A stretch of DNA of 64,000 bases from Microcoleus sp. (GTDB lineage: Bacteria; Cyanobacteriota; Cyanobacteriia; Cyanobacteriales; Microcoleaceae): assembly GCA_052279835.1 (NCBI GenBank), contig CP181291.1, positions 896,001 to 960,000 of the forward strand. The letters run 5' to 3'. The notes beneath the pieces are model-generated. The model saw only the letters and a program-made list of their open reading frames with translations. It did no database searches and was not told the DNA's origin. Below, in pieces: positions 12,182-21,390 of this stretch. The position numbers and the translations under genes were made by a program. How positions within the stretch are numbered: position 1 is the stretch's first letter; every line of letters begins with the position of its first letter.

Positions 12182-12963
12182 TAGCCTTTCTCAGGTAGAT
12201 GAGGTACAATAACAGCAGTGAGTAAACCAATTCCAGAAGTCTTGCTCCTCAACTTGCTCAAAGGCTCTCGTTATTGCTTCAGACAATGCTTTATAAGTTC
12301 TCGCACCCAAAGTACGGAGAATGCCTTTAACCTTAGACCAGAAATTTTCAATTGGGGAGAAATCCGGAGAATATGGGGGTAAAAATATTAACCTTGCCCC
12401 CGCTTTTTTAATGGCTTTTTCTATTTCTTCCCCTTTGTGAATGCCATAGTTGTCCATTAATACACAAGCACCTTTCCAGAGTTGGGGAACGAGTTTTCTG
12501 ATAATAAAAGCCTCGAAAGTAATGCCATCTATTGAACCTACTAAATTCACGGATGTTAAAACTTTTTTGACGGATATTGCTCCCAATATCGATACATTTT
12601 TGCCACGTCTATTCGGTTTGGGTCCCCTAGCTCTTGAACCTTTTAACGATCGGGCATACAACCTAACCATAGCTAGATTCACCCCGGACTCATCAATAAA
12701 GATTAAGTCCTGTACGTTCAGGTTGTTCACTTGTTTCCAGAACTCATATCGGAGGTTTTGAACTCTTTCACTGCCCTTGGCTGACGGAAAGAGCGTTTTT
12801 TTTTGAAAGTCATTTTCAACCGTTGGGTCATTCTTCCCATTGTGGCTCGGCTGACAGTAACACCGATTTTTTCGTGGAGTAATTCGCAGAGTTCTTCGAG
12901 AGTAGCATCGTTTTCGTAAACATTAATTATTTTTTGCCGCAAGTCAACAGAGTAAAATTTCAT
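12182..12963 (-). mobile_element. Degenerate IS630-family element (orfA 12963-12727 with internal deletion; orfB DDE domain ending at 12191), -1 frameshift on an A9 run
   Basis: FIDESG, VLMDNYGIH and LPPYSPDFSPIE DDE motifs. T9 at 12796-12804 joins MTFKKK to TLFPSAKGSERV. One end is TA|TAGCCTTTCTCAGGTAGATGAGGTACA; no matching second inverted repeat seen. Confidence 0.88.
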
Positions 12964-13081
12964 TTTTGATTGATGTCTGATATTTTTTGTGATCTGCGCG
13001 ATCGACTGCACTAGCCCGATCGACTGCACTAGCCCGAACAGCTTAATTGATATACCGCAGTAATCTCAAATCACAAATCCA

Positions 13082-13834
13082 ATGATAGAATTAATTCACG
13101 ATCGCTTTGCCAAAGAATATCTCACAACTTTACTATCTACCATCGGCACGGTTCATGTTCATCAATGCACCAATTCAAATGATGGGGAAATAAATCAAGA
13201 AAAACCAGCGACAGAAGTGATTCACAATCGCTTTGCCAAAAACTTATTACAGGAATTTCTGTCTCCCCTCGGAACGGTTAATGTTAGGCGCGATGTCACT
13301 TCAGAAATCCGCGAAATCCCTATCTACTTTACTCAAACCACTTCCCAACCGCAAGATATCGAAAATTTGGGACTATTGGGGAGAATGGCCGGCCCGACAG
13401 CAATTTTTGAACCTTTGGGCAACCCAATTATCAAAAATGATATGTGGGATTGTATGGGCAAATACCTCAAGTTACGTGTTGAATTAGAAGAGAAATTCAA
13501 AAAACAAAATATTCCCTGGGATCTATCTGCATTCCCAATGCTTTGGATTCTCACTCCTACGGCTTCAGACGATTTTTTAGCAGGATTTGGGGCCTTTCCA
13601 GACGAAGCAAATTGGATGAAGGGAATGTATTTTTTGGGTTCGGCTTTTCGATCGGCAATTGTCGTCATCCATCAATTGCCAGAAATACCGGAAACTCTAT
13701 GGTTGAGGATGTTGGGCAGAGGAGAAGTGCAGCAGCGGGCGATCGCCGAATTAAAAAAATTAGCGTTAGATAACCCTCTGCGGATTAGCGCGTTAGAATT
13801 TTGGAACGAAGAAGGCAAGAACAGCAACGCTTAA
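13082..13834 (+). CDS. Cyanobacterial multicopy hypothetical protein (Rpn-like), N-terminal duplication, apparently short C-terminus
   Basis: HDRFAK..L, LGLLGR....IFEP, LWILTPTAS and IHQLPEIPETLWLRMLGRG motifs recalled from a widespread cyanobacterial family. Confidence 0.6.
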   Translation: MIELIHDRFAKEYLTTLLSTIGTVHVHQCTNSNDGEINQEKPATEVIHNRFAKNLLQEFLSPLGTVNVRRDVTSEIREIPIYFTQTTSQPQDIENLGLLGRMAGPTAIFEPLGNPIIKNDMWDCMGKYLKLRVELEEKFKKQNIPWDLSAFPMLWILTPTASDDFLAGFGAFPDEANWMKGMYFLGSAFRSAIVVIHQLPEIPETLWLRMLGRGEVQQRAIAELKKLALDNPLRISALEFWNEEGKNSNA

Positions 13835-13882
13835 TTTTAGAGAACTTTCTGCAACTACGATAGCTAGGGGTAAGGAGCTTTT

Positions 13883-13973
13883 ACCCCTCAGCCTCTCACC
13901 CCCTCTCTCTCTTTTTCCCCCTCACCCCCTCTCTCTCCCTCACCCCTCACCCCCTCACCCCCTCGCCCCCTCT
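13883..13973. repeat. C/T-rich STRR-like tract (CCCCTCA / CCCTCTC)
   Basis: Degenerate tandem 7-8-mers after the stop codon. Confidence 0.7.
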
Positions 13974-14484
13974 TCCTTCAACATCAGCCATACTACGACG
14001 AGATCGGGTTCGGTTATCTCGCATCCCACCATCTAGGCAGTACGAAAATTTCAAGCGATGATAGAACAGAGAGCAAAAAAACTCTCGATTTGCATGAGTC
14101 TGTTTGCATGAGTATTGTGAAGTCGAACTACGGTCAAAACTAGCAGGGAATTTAAAACCTTAAGGAAAAATGTAGAATGTTCACCTTAAGACAGAGGTTT
14201 TTGCCCTTTACTAACCTCAAAATTTGGAATAATATTGAGCAAAGTAAACTGAAATTCACTTCGCCTTGAACTAGCCGTTAAAGCTAGCGAGTTACCGAAA
14301 ATCAACGAGGATTGCTGGAAAATCAAGCTTAAAAGTAATCCCCAACAAAAAGCTTCTACCGATCGTTACCGATGAACAGGAGGGGAAACATCTCCCCCTG
14401 TAGCAGTCTGTATCCCACTTGCAAAAGTGGGACAGGGTATCACCAACTTTTTATCTGTTGTTACAAGGAGTGCAATACTCACCC

Positions 14485-15489
14485 ATGTCCACCACAACCG
14501 CCAAAAACAAAACAGTGAAAGCCGATCGCATGGGCACTCGGCCATACTCCTCAACGGATACGGTTCGTACCTATCTGCACGAGATCGGTCGCGTGCCACT
14601 ACTTACCCGAGAAGAAGAAATTATTTTAGGGAAGCAAGTGCAGCAAATGATGAAATTAGTCGAAGCAAAACAAGCACTTGTTAAAGAATGGCAGCGCGAT
14701 CTGACTCCCCAAGAGTGGGCAGCCGAAATGGAGTTGACCGAAGCTGAACTAAGCCGGATCTTGCATTTAGGACGACGCGCCAAACAAAAGATGATTGAAG
14801 CGAATCTGCGCCTAGTAGTCGCGATCGCCAAAAAATACCAGAAACGCAACATGGAATTCTTGGATTTAATTCAAGAAGGCACCCTCGGTTTAGAACGAGG
14901 AGTCGAAAAATTTGACCCGATGCGGGGATACAAATTTTCTACCTATGCCTACTGGTGGATTCGGCAAGCAATTACTCGCGCGATCGCCCAACACGCCCGC
15001 ACCATTCGCTTACCCATTCACATCACTGAAAAACTCAACAAAATCAAAAAAGTGCAGCGGGAACTCACTCAACAATTGGGCCGGTCTCCCACACCAACAG
15101 AAATTGCCGACTTGTTGGAACTGCACCCATCCCAAATTCGGGAATACCTACTAATGTCTAGGCATCCAGTTTCCTTGGACTTGCGGGTAGGAGACAACCA
15201 AGATACCGAACTCCAAGAACTTCTAGAAGACGAAACCGCATCTCCAGAAAATTACATTACTTCAGAATTGTTGCGGCAAGACCTCGATACTTTGATATCA
15301 GAACTTACGCCTCAGCAACGAGATGTCATAATTCTGCGTTTCGGCTTAGAAGACGGCATTGAAATGTCTCTAGCAAAAGTTGGAGAACGGCTCAATCTCA
15401 GCCGGGAACGGGTGAGGCAACTAGAACATCAAGCCCTCGCCCACCTCCGACGCCGCCAAGCTCAAGTCCGAGAATACCTAGCTAGCTAG
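14485..15489 (+). CDS. sigB: Group 2 RNA polymerase sigma factor, SigB-like
   Basis: VRTYLHEIGRVPLLT, MIEANLRLVVAIAKKYQKRNMEFLDLIQEG, GYKFSTYAYWWIRQAITRAIA, SRERVRQLE. AAGGAG at 14465-14470 supports ATG 14485. Confidence 0.9.
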   Translation: MSTTTAKNKTVKADRMGTRPYSSTDTVRTYLHEIGRVPLLTREEEIILGKQVQQMMKLVEAKQALVKEWQRDLTPQEWAAEMELTEAELSRILHLGRRAKQKMIEANLRLVVAIAKKYQKRNMEFLDLIQEGTLGLERGVEKFDPMRGYKFSTYAYWWIRQAITRAIAQHARTIRLPIHITEKLNKIKKVQRELTQQLGRSPTPTEIADLLELHPSQIREYLLMSRHPVSLDLRVGDNQDTELQELLEDETASPENYITSELLRQDLDTLISELTPQQRDVIILRFGLEDGIEMSLAKVGERLNLSRERVRQLEHQALAHLRRRQAQVREYLAS

Positions 15490-15494
15490 CACCT

Positions 15495-15533
15495 AAAAGA
15501 GTTTAGATTATCCCCAAAATCTAAACTCTTTTT
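15495..15533 (+). terminator. Intrinsic terminator after sigB
   Basis: AAAAGAGTTTAGATT-loop-AATCTAAACTCTTTTT perfect stem with T-tail. Confidence 0.8.
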
Positions 15534-15618
15534 ACCTATGGGTGCTGGGGTTGGGATATTGTTATATCAATGGTAAATCGCCAAATTTGTCAACCCAAAT
15601 CTTGCACTTATTTTAAAT

Positions 15619-16224
15619 GTGATACTTATAGCCACCTTGTCGGTAGTTAAGACATTTTTACTTACTAAAATCATTAATTTTATTGCAGTTTCAAATCGAC
15701 TTTTGCCTTCGGCATTCTGCTATGGTGTCAGTCTACAAGTATGGGCGATCGCCCTGGGCTTTTCCCCCAGTAACTTCAGCCACCCATTCCCCGCTGCGCA
15801 ACTCCTGGTAGGCCAGTCAACTCCAGATGGGGCACAGCAAAGTGAGTTAAAACCCGTTGTGGGCGATCAAGCTGTCCCAAATTCAACGCCCGATGCAGCT
15901 AGGATAGACGCCACACAGAGTATTTACCTCTACGGTCAGTCTGCTGAGCCAGAACAAATTAAACAAGAGTATTTTGTATTTGAAGTGCGTCAGGGTAAGG
16001 TAGTCGGCGCTTTTTACCTACCTCGCTCTGCTTTTTACTGTTTTTACGGCAGTATAGAGGTAACTGAGTTAAATTTAACAGTAGTAGATACCTACGATGG
16101 CAGTCGCTCTCCCTACTCGGTAAACCTGCAACAGTATTACCACCTTTCCACTGTCAGTGACAACGATCGGCGAATCTTGGGTATTTGCAAGAGAGCTCAC
16201 CAGGACGAAGTGTGGGGAAAGTAG
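15619..16224 (+). CDS. Conserved cyanobacterial hypothetical protein, probably exported; start uncertain
   Basis: Hydrophobic N-terminus; core YLYGQS.EP.QI.QEYFVF...VVGAFYLPRSAFYCFYG. Confidence 0.65.
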   Translation: MILIATLSVVKTFLLTKIINFIAVSNRLLPSAFCYGVSLQVWAIALGFSPSNFSHPFPAAQLLVGQSTPDGAQQSELKPVVGDQAVPNSTPDAARIDATQSIYLYGQSAEPEQIKQEYFVFEVRQGKVVGAFYLPRSAFYCFYGSIEVTELNLTVVDTYDGSRSPYSVNLQQYYHLSTVSDNDRRILGICKRAHQDEVWGK

Positions 16225-16289
16225 CCCCGGCATTACCATCTGAGTCAGCGGAAAGTTGCCTCTCTCAAAAATGCTGAAAAACCCCGTTA

Positions 16290-16391
16290 TATCGTTTCCG
16301 GTTGCATGGGAATGATTTGACCTTACTAGAACGCAGAGAACACAGAGGGAGATAAGAGAGATGAATAATTCCCATGCTACGGGATTTGATA
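16290..16391 (+). mobile_element. ~102-bp MITE, copy 1 (TTA target duplication)
   Basis: TATCGTTTCCGGTTGCATGGGAAT...ATTCCCATGCTACGGGATTTGATA imperfect terminal inverted repeats; TTA at 16287-16289 and 16392-16394. Confidence 0.8.
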
Positions 16392-16611
16392 TTAATTCCT
16401 GGATGCTTTCTGGTCAAATCCCTGATTTTTCCTAAACACGGCTTTCTTTACCGACAACATAGCTGTGATCTGAATACCTGAAGTCAGAATATTTAAACTG
16501 TATACTGCTTAACAAGTCAAACTTGGGCAAATCAGCAGTCATAGTTCAACTAACTGCGGTAAAGTTGCTCCTAAGTTGAAACTTTCAGACCGACAAACTA
16601 TACTCGGCAAC

Positions 16612-19155
16612 ATGAAACTGCGTCGGAAGACACTCTCGATAGTTGGGATTACCATTGCTGGATTGACTGGTGTTCTGTACGCCACATCCTCCCGCATCCT
16701 GTTGGGTAGCTTAGTCAAAGCCGAGGAACAGGAAGCCACTCAGGTTGTCCAAGGAGTGCTCAATGTCTTCAGTCAAACCGCAGATGACTTCAACTCCCGC
16801 TTTGCAGACTGGTCAGCGTGGGATGATACCTATGCTTTCATCCAAAATCGCAACAAAGAATTCATTGCCTCCAATCTGGTGCCAGAAGGGTTGGCTAATT
16901 TGAGAGTTAATATTGCAGTATTTGTCAATACTTCTGGCAAGATTGTTTACGGTACTGCTTTAGACACCAAAAAGCTGCAACTAAGGCCTGTTCCAGAGAC
17001 ATTAAAACAGCACATTTCCCTAAAAGACCCATTGTTGCAGCACCCCAACCCCGACAGCAGCCTGGCTGGTGTCATGTTGATGCCTTCTGGGCCGCTGCTG
17101 ATTAGTTCTCGACCAATTGTTACTACTAAAAGCACAGGACCGATTCGAGGGACTCTGGTGTTTGGGCGCAATTTGGACGCTGTTGGCATTGCGAAGCTTT
17201 CTAAAATCACTCGCCTACCGTTGATTGTACACAGTATTAATGAGCCGGACTTGCCTGCTGACTTCCAAAAAGTGCGGGCGAAATTGTCCAAAAAGAAATC
17301 GATTTTTGTGCGTGCTGTGAGCGAAGATTCGATCGCAGGTTACGCTTTAGTCAATGATATTTACAACCAACCCGCGCTGCTATTGCGGGTGGACATCCCC
17401 AGAGAAACCTATCGCCAAGGTCAAAAAAGTCTGTTATATCTTCTGGTGTCTGTAGGGTTGGCGGGTATCGGTTTTATCGGCTGCACTCTCCTGCTACTGG
17501 AATATCTGGTGCTTTCTCGGCTGAGCGATTTGGCCAAAGGAGTCAGTCGCGTCAGTGCTAGCCAAGATTTGTCACTGCGACTACCGGTGGTTGGTGAAGA
17601 TGAGTTGTCCGACCTTGCTTATACTATCAACGGAATGCTCAGCGCGATCGCCACTGCTGAAAACGAGCAAATAGAAGAAAAAGCAAGATACCAAGCCGTA
17701 GTCGAGCAGGCTACAGACTGTATCTTCCTCTGGGATGCTAAAACCCAACGCCTTCTGGAAGCGAATACAGCATTTATAAAATTGCTAGATTACAGCCCCG
17801 ATGTGATTTCGCAACTGACTATTTACGATATAGTAGCTTACTCGAAAGAGCTGATTGACGCCAATATTGAGTTCTTATTAGCGGACAAACAATTCCGAAT
17901 TGGCGAAGTCCTCTACCGTCGCCGAGACGGTTCCTGCGTAGATGTAGAAGTAAGCGGGAGTGTGATTTCCTACGGTGGGCGGGAGATTATTTGCACCGTT
18001 GTCCGCGACATTACCGAGCGCAAACAGGCTGAAGCCGAACTGCGAGCATCGGAAGAACGCTACCGACTTTTATTTAAGAAAAATCCCCATCCGATGTGGG
18101 TCTATGATTTAAAAACTCTGCAATTTATAGCTGTAAATCAGGCAGCTATAGAACACTACGGTTACACTCGCGAGGAGTTTATCACCATGACTGTTGTGGA
18201 AATTCTCCCTCCTGAAAATCCACTTAAATTAATCGAAAATCTACCTTTAGTAGATGACGAAATAACTTCTATCTCTCTCGACCAACACCAAAAGAAAAAT
18301 GGTGATATTATTGATGTACAAATTAATTCTTATGAGTTAGTATTTGACAACAGGAAAGCTAAGTTAGTATTAGCTCAGGATGTTACGCAGCGCTTGCAAG
18401 CCGAGACAGAACTTTATGAGGCGAAGGAAGCGGCAGAAGCAGCTAATTTGGCTAAGAGTCAGTTTTTGGCTAACATGAGCCACGAACTGCGAACTCCTCT
18501 AAATGCAATTATTGGCTACAGTGAAATTCTACAAGAAGATGCCTTGGAATTGGGGGAAGATGATTTTGTAATAGATTTGGAAAAAATTCACAGTGCCGGA
18601 AATCATTTATTAGGATTAATCAATGATATTCTGGATTTATCAAAAATTGAAGCAGGGCGCATGGAACTTGTTTTAGAAACTTTTGACTTGTCCGCTGCTC
18701 TTCAACAAGTAAAAACAACTGTGGAGCCTTTATTATTGAAGAACAAAAATCGCTTAAACATAGAATTTGAAGTCAATATAGGTGCCATTAACTCTGACCG
18801 AACTAAACTTATTCAAATTTTACTAAATTTACTTAGTAATGCAGCTAAGTTTACGCAGAATGGGACAGTGACACTCAGGGTGGAAAGAATTAAAAACGTA
18901 GAAAATCCTTGGGATTATGACTGTTTAATTTTTAAGTGTATCGATAGTGGAATTGGGATGAATTCCCAACAGGTAAAGAAGTTATTTCAACCTTTTACCC
19001 AAGCTGATGCTTCGACTACCCGCAAGTACGGAGGTACTGGTTTGGGTTTAGCAATAGGCCAGAAATATGCTCAGATGCTAGGGGGAGAAATTACGGTGCA
19101 GAGCGAGCTGGGTAAGGGGTCAACTTTTACTTTAATGTTATCTGCTGGGTTATAA
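16612..19155 (+). CDS. Sensor histidine kinase CHASE4-HAMP-PAS-PAS-HisKA-HATPase
   Basis: DWSAWDDTYAF (CHASE4), two transmembrane segments, GEDELSDLA (HAMP), VRDITERK and AQDVTQR (PAC), FLANMSHELRTPLN, LLSNAAKFT, DSGIGM, GGTGLGL. Confidence 0.92.
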   Translation: MKLRRKTLSIVGITIAGLTGVLYATSSRILLGSLVKAEEQEATQVVQGVLNVFSQTADDFNSRFADWSAWDDTYAFIQNRNKEFIASNLVPEGLANLRVNIAVFVNTSGKIVYGTALDTKKLQLRPVPETLKQHISLKDPLLQHPNPDSSLAGVMLMPSGPLLISSRPIVTTKSTGPIRGTLVFGRNLDAVGIAKLSKITRLPLIVHSINEPDLPADFQKVRAKLSKKKSIFVRAVSEDSIAGYALVNDIYNQPALLLRVDIPRETYRQGQKSLLYLLVSVGLAGIGFIGCTLLLLEYLVLSRLSDLAKGVSRVSASQDLSLRLPVVGEDELSDLAYTINGMLSAIATAENEQIEEKARYQAVVEQATDCIFLWDAKTQRLLEANTAFIKLLDYSPDVISQLTIYDIVAYSKELIDANIEFLLADKQFRIGEVLYRRRDGSCVDVEVSGSVISYGGREIICTVVRDITERKQAEAELRASEERYRLLFKKNPHPMWVYDLKTLQFIAVNQAAIEHYGYTREEFITMTVVEILPPENPLKLIENLPLVDDEITSISLDQHQKKNGDIIDVQINSYELVFDNRKAKLVLAQDVTQRLQAETELYEAKEAAEAANLAKSQFLANMSHELRTPLNAIIGYSEILQEDALELGEDDFVIDLEKIHSAGNHLLGLINDILDLSKIEAGRMELVLETFDLSAALQQVKTTVEPLLLKNKNRLNIEFEVNIGAINSDRTKLIQILLNLLSNAAKFTQNGTVTLRVERIKNVENPWDYDCLIFKCIDSGIGMNSQQVKKLFQPFTQADASTTRKYGGTGLGLAIGQKYAQMLGGEITVQSELGKGSTFTLMLSAGL

Positions 19156-19190
19156 ATCGATTGGGGAGAGCAGAATTTATCCCACAGTGA

Positions 19191-19814
19191 TTAATACTCT
19201 ATACCAGCCTGAGCTTTAATTCCTTGTTCTCGAAATGGATGCTTAACTAAACTCATTTCTGTCACTAAGTCCGCACGTTCAATTAGTGCAGGAGGCGCGC
19301 CTCTACCTGTCAAAATAACATGAGTATTTTCGGGTTTTTGTTCTAATCCTGCTAATACTTGTTCTATTTGCAAATAACCCAGTTTTAATGCTATATTAAC
19401 TTCATCTAGGAGGACTAATCTGAAGTCGGGATTGCAGATAAAAGTTAGAGCTTTATTCCAGGCTTTTTGAGCTGTTTCGATATCTCTGTCCCTGTCTTGT
19501 GTATCCCAGGTAAAGCCTTCTCCCATGGCATGAAATTCTAGCTGATTTTCCCACCTTTCAAACACGGCTTTTTCTGCTGGTTCCCAGGCTCCCTTGATAA
19601 ATTGTACTATGGCGACGCGATATCCGTGACCGAGCGATCGCACTACCATTCCCAAAGCAGCGGTAGTTTTCCCTTTCCCGTTACCAGTATTGACTATAAT
19701 TAAACCTTTTTCTTTTGATGAATTAGCGATGCGCTCAGATTGGACTTCTTGACGGCGGCGCATTTTCTGCTTGTATTGTTCCGCTGTTAGGGAATTTGTG
19801 TCTTTAGTTTCCAT
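19191..19814 (-). CDS. cobO: Cob(I)yrinic acid a,c-diamide adenosyltransferase (BtuR/CobO)
   Basis: TGNGKGKTTAALG, VQFIKG, GEGFTW, LLDEVN, LTGRGAP, KHPF...GIEY. Confidence 0.95.
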   Translation of the reverse strand: METKDTNSLTAEQYKQKMRRRQEVQSERIANSSKEKGLIIVNTGNGKGKTTAALGMVVRSLGHGYRVAIVQFIKGAWEPAEKAVFERWENQLEFHAMGEGFTWDTQDRDRDIETAQKAWNKALTFICNPDFRLVLLDEVNIALKLGYLQIEQVLAGLEQKPENTHVILTGRGAPPALIERADLVTEMSLVKHPFREQGIKAQAGIEY

Positions 19815-20050
19815 TGGATTTTTTTAACGCAGATGAATGCAAATAAATGCTGATACAGCCAGTCTTGCAGGAGTTGTGAAAAAAAAGTTTTAAACGAACC
19901 GTGAAGACGCGAAGAACGCGAAGAACGGAAAGAGAATAGAGTTTCACGACTCACTAGATATATCCCAAAAAGATAGTCAATAACAGGCTGGATGCCTGTT
20001 CCACAACAATTAATTATGGGAGAGGTCTATTATAGATGCCAGATTTATGG

Positions 20051-20629
20051 TTATTGCCACACTAGCTGCAAGTTTAGCACGAAACCGGGCAGAACATCCT
20101 CTCCTGATAGTTCTGCGGGAGATTCCAGTATTTCTACTGCTTGTCCTTGACGGTAGATTTCGACTCTGCGGGTTTTGCGGTTAATCAACCAACCTAATTT
20201 TACTTGGTTGTCCATGTATTCTTGCATCTTGTCTTGGGTTTCTTTGAGACTGTCTGTTGGTGACATTAATTCCCAGACAAAATCGGGGGCTATCGGAGGA
20301 AATTTTTGTTTTTCTTCGGCAGTTAGTGCGTCCCATCTTTCTTGTTTAATCCAAGAAACATCGGGAGAACGATTGGCACCGCTTGGCAGTTTGAAACAAG
20401 TTGAAGAATCGAAACAAATTCCCAGTTTGGTTTGTCGGTTCCATATTCCAAAATCCGTTGCTATTTCAAAATTGTAACTTCCGGTTTCTCCTCCTGTCGG
20501 TGACACAATGATTATTTCTCCTTTGGCGTTGCGTTCAAATTTGACATCGGGATTTTGACGGCACAGTTGATAAAATTGGTCATCGGTGATTTGGGCGATC
20601 GCATTAAAGTTGATGGTGGCTGCTATCAT
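20051..20629 (-). CDS. Uma2 (DUF820) family endonuclease-like protein, copy A
   Basis: FERNAKGEIIIVSPTGGETG, RSPDVSWI, PDFVWELMSPTD, LGWLIN, LSGEDVLPGF. Confidence 0.92.
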   Translation of the reverse strand: MIAATINFNAIAQITDDQFYQLCRQNPDVKFERNAKGEIIIVSPTGGETGSYNFEIATDFGIWNRQTKLGICFDSSTCFKLPSGANRSPDVSWIKQERWDALTAEEKQKFPPIAPDFVWELMSPTDSLKETQDKMQEYMDNQVKLGWLINRKTRRVEIYRQGQAVEILESPAELSGEDVLPGFVLNLQLVWQ

Positions 20630-20646
20630 AGTATTATTTGATTTTT

Positions 20647-21246
20647 TTATAAAAATTTAGATGCTGATTGCTTCCACATTGTTTGTAAGTTTAGCACGAA
20701 ACCGGGCAAAATATCTTCTCCTGAAAGTTGTGCAGGAGATTCCAGCACTTCTATTTCTTGTCCTTGGCGGTAGATTTCGACTCTGCGGGTTTTGCGGTTA
20801 ATCAACCAACCTAATTTTACTTGGTTGTCCATGTATTCTTGCATCTTGTCTTGCGTTTCTTTGAGACTGTCTGTTGGTGACATTAATTCCCAGACAAAAT
20901 CTGGGGCTATCGGAGGAAATTTTTGTTTTTCTTCGGCAGTTAGTGCGTCCCATCTTTCTTGTTTAATCCAAGAAACATCGGGAGAACGATTTGCACCGCT
21001 TGGCAGTTTGAAACAAGTTGAAGAATCGAAACAAATTCCCAGCTTAGTTTGTCGGTTCCAAATCACAAAATCAGCATTAATTTCAGAATTGTAACTTCCG
21101 GTTTCTCCTCCTGTCGGTGACACAATGATTATTTCTCCTTTGGCGTTGCGTTCAAATTTGACATCGGGGTTTTGGCGGCACAGTTGATAAAATTGGTCGT
21201 CGGTGATTTGGGCGATCGCATTAAAGTTGATGGTGGCTGCTATCAT
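20647..21246 (-). CDS. Uma2 (DUF820) family endonuclease-like protein, copy B
   Basis: Near-identical tandem paralog of 20051-20629. Confidence 0.92.
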   Translation of the reverse strand: MIAATINFNAIAQITDDQFYQLCRQNPDVKFERNAKGEIIIVSPTGGETGSYNSEINADFVIWNRQTKLGICFDSSTCFKLPSGANRSPDVSWIKQERWDALTAEEKQKFPPIAPDFVWELMSPTDSLKETQDKMQEYMDNQVKLGWLINRKTRRVEIYRQGQEIEVLESPAQLSGEDILPGFVLNLQTMWKQSASKFL

Positions 21247-21390
21247 AGTATTTTATAGGGATGCGTTGGATTTTTTGGGACGCAGATAAATGACGATGCA
21301 GATACTGTAAATATTAATCTGGTTAAAAGGTTTTGAGTTGACTTTTTTGTCCTTGCCTATTCTATTGTATCACATGATTATACTTAGTTT

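Noticed and set aside
13980..14480. tRNA or known ncRNA upstream of sigB
   Set aside because: No cloverleaf or recognisable RNA family; only a short direct repeat (TTTGCATGAGT x2).
20051..21246. Diversity-generating retroelement template/variable repeat pair
   Set aside because: Differences are not adenine-specific (e.g. TTT/TCT, GGA/GTG), both copies are whole genes, and there is no reverse transcriptase in the window.
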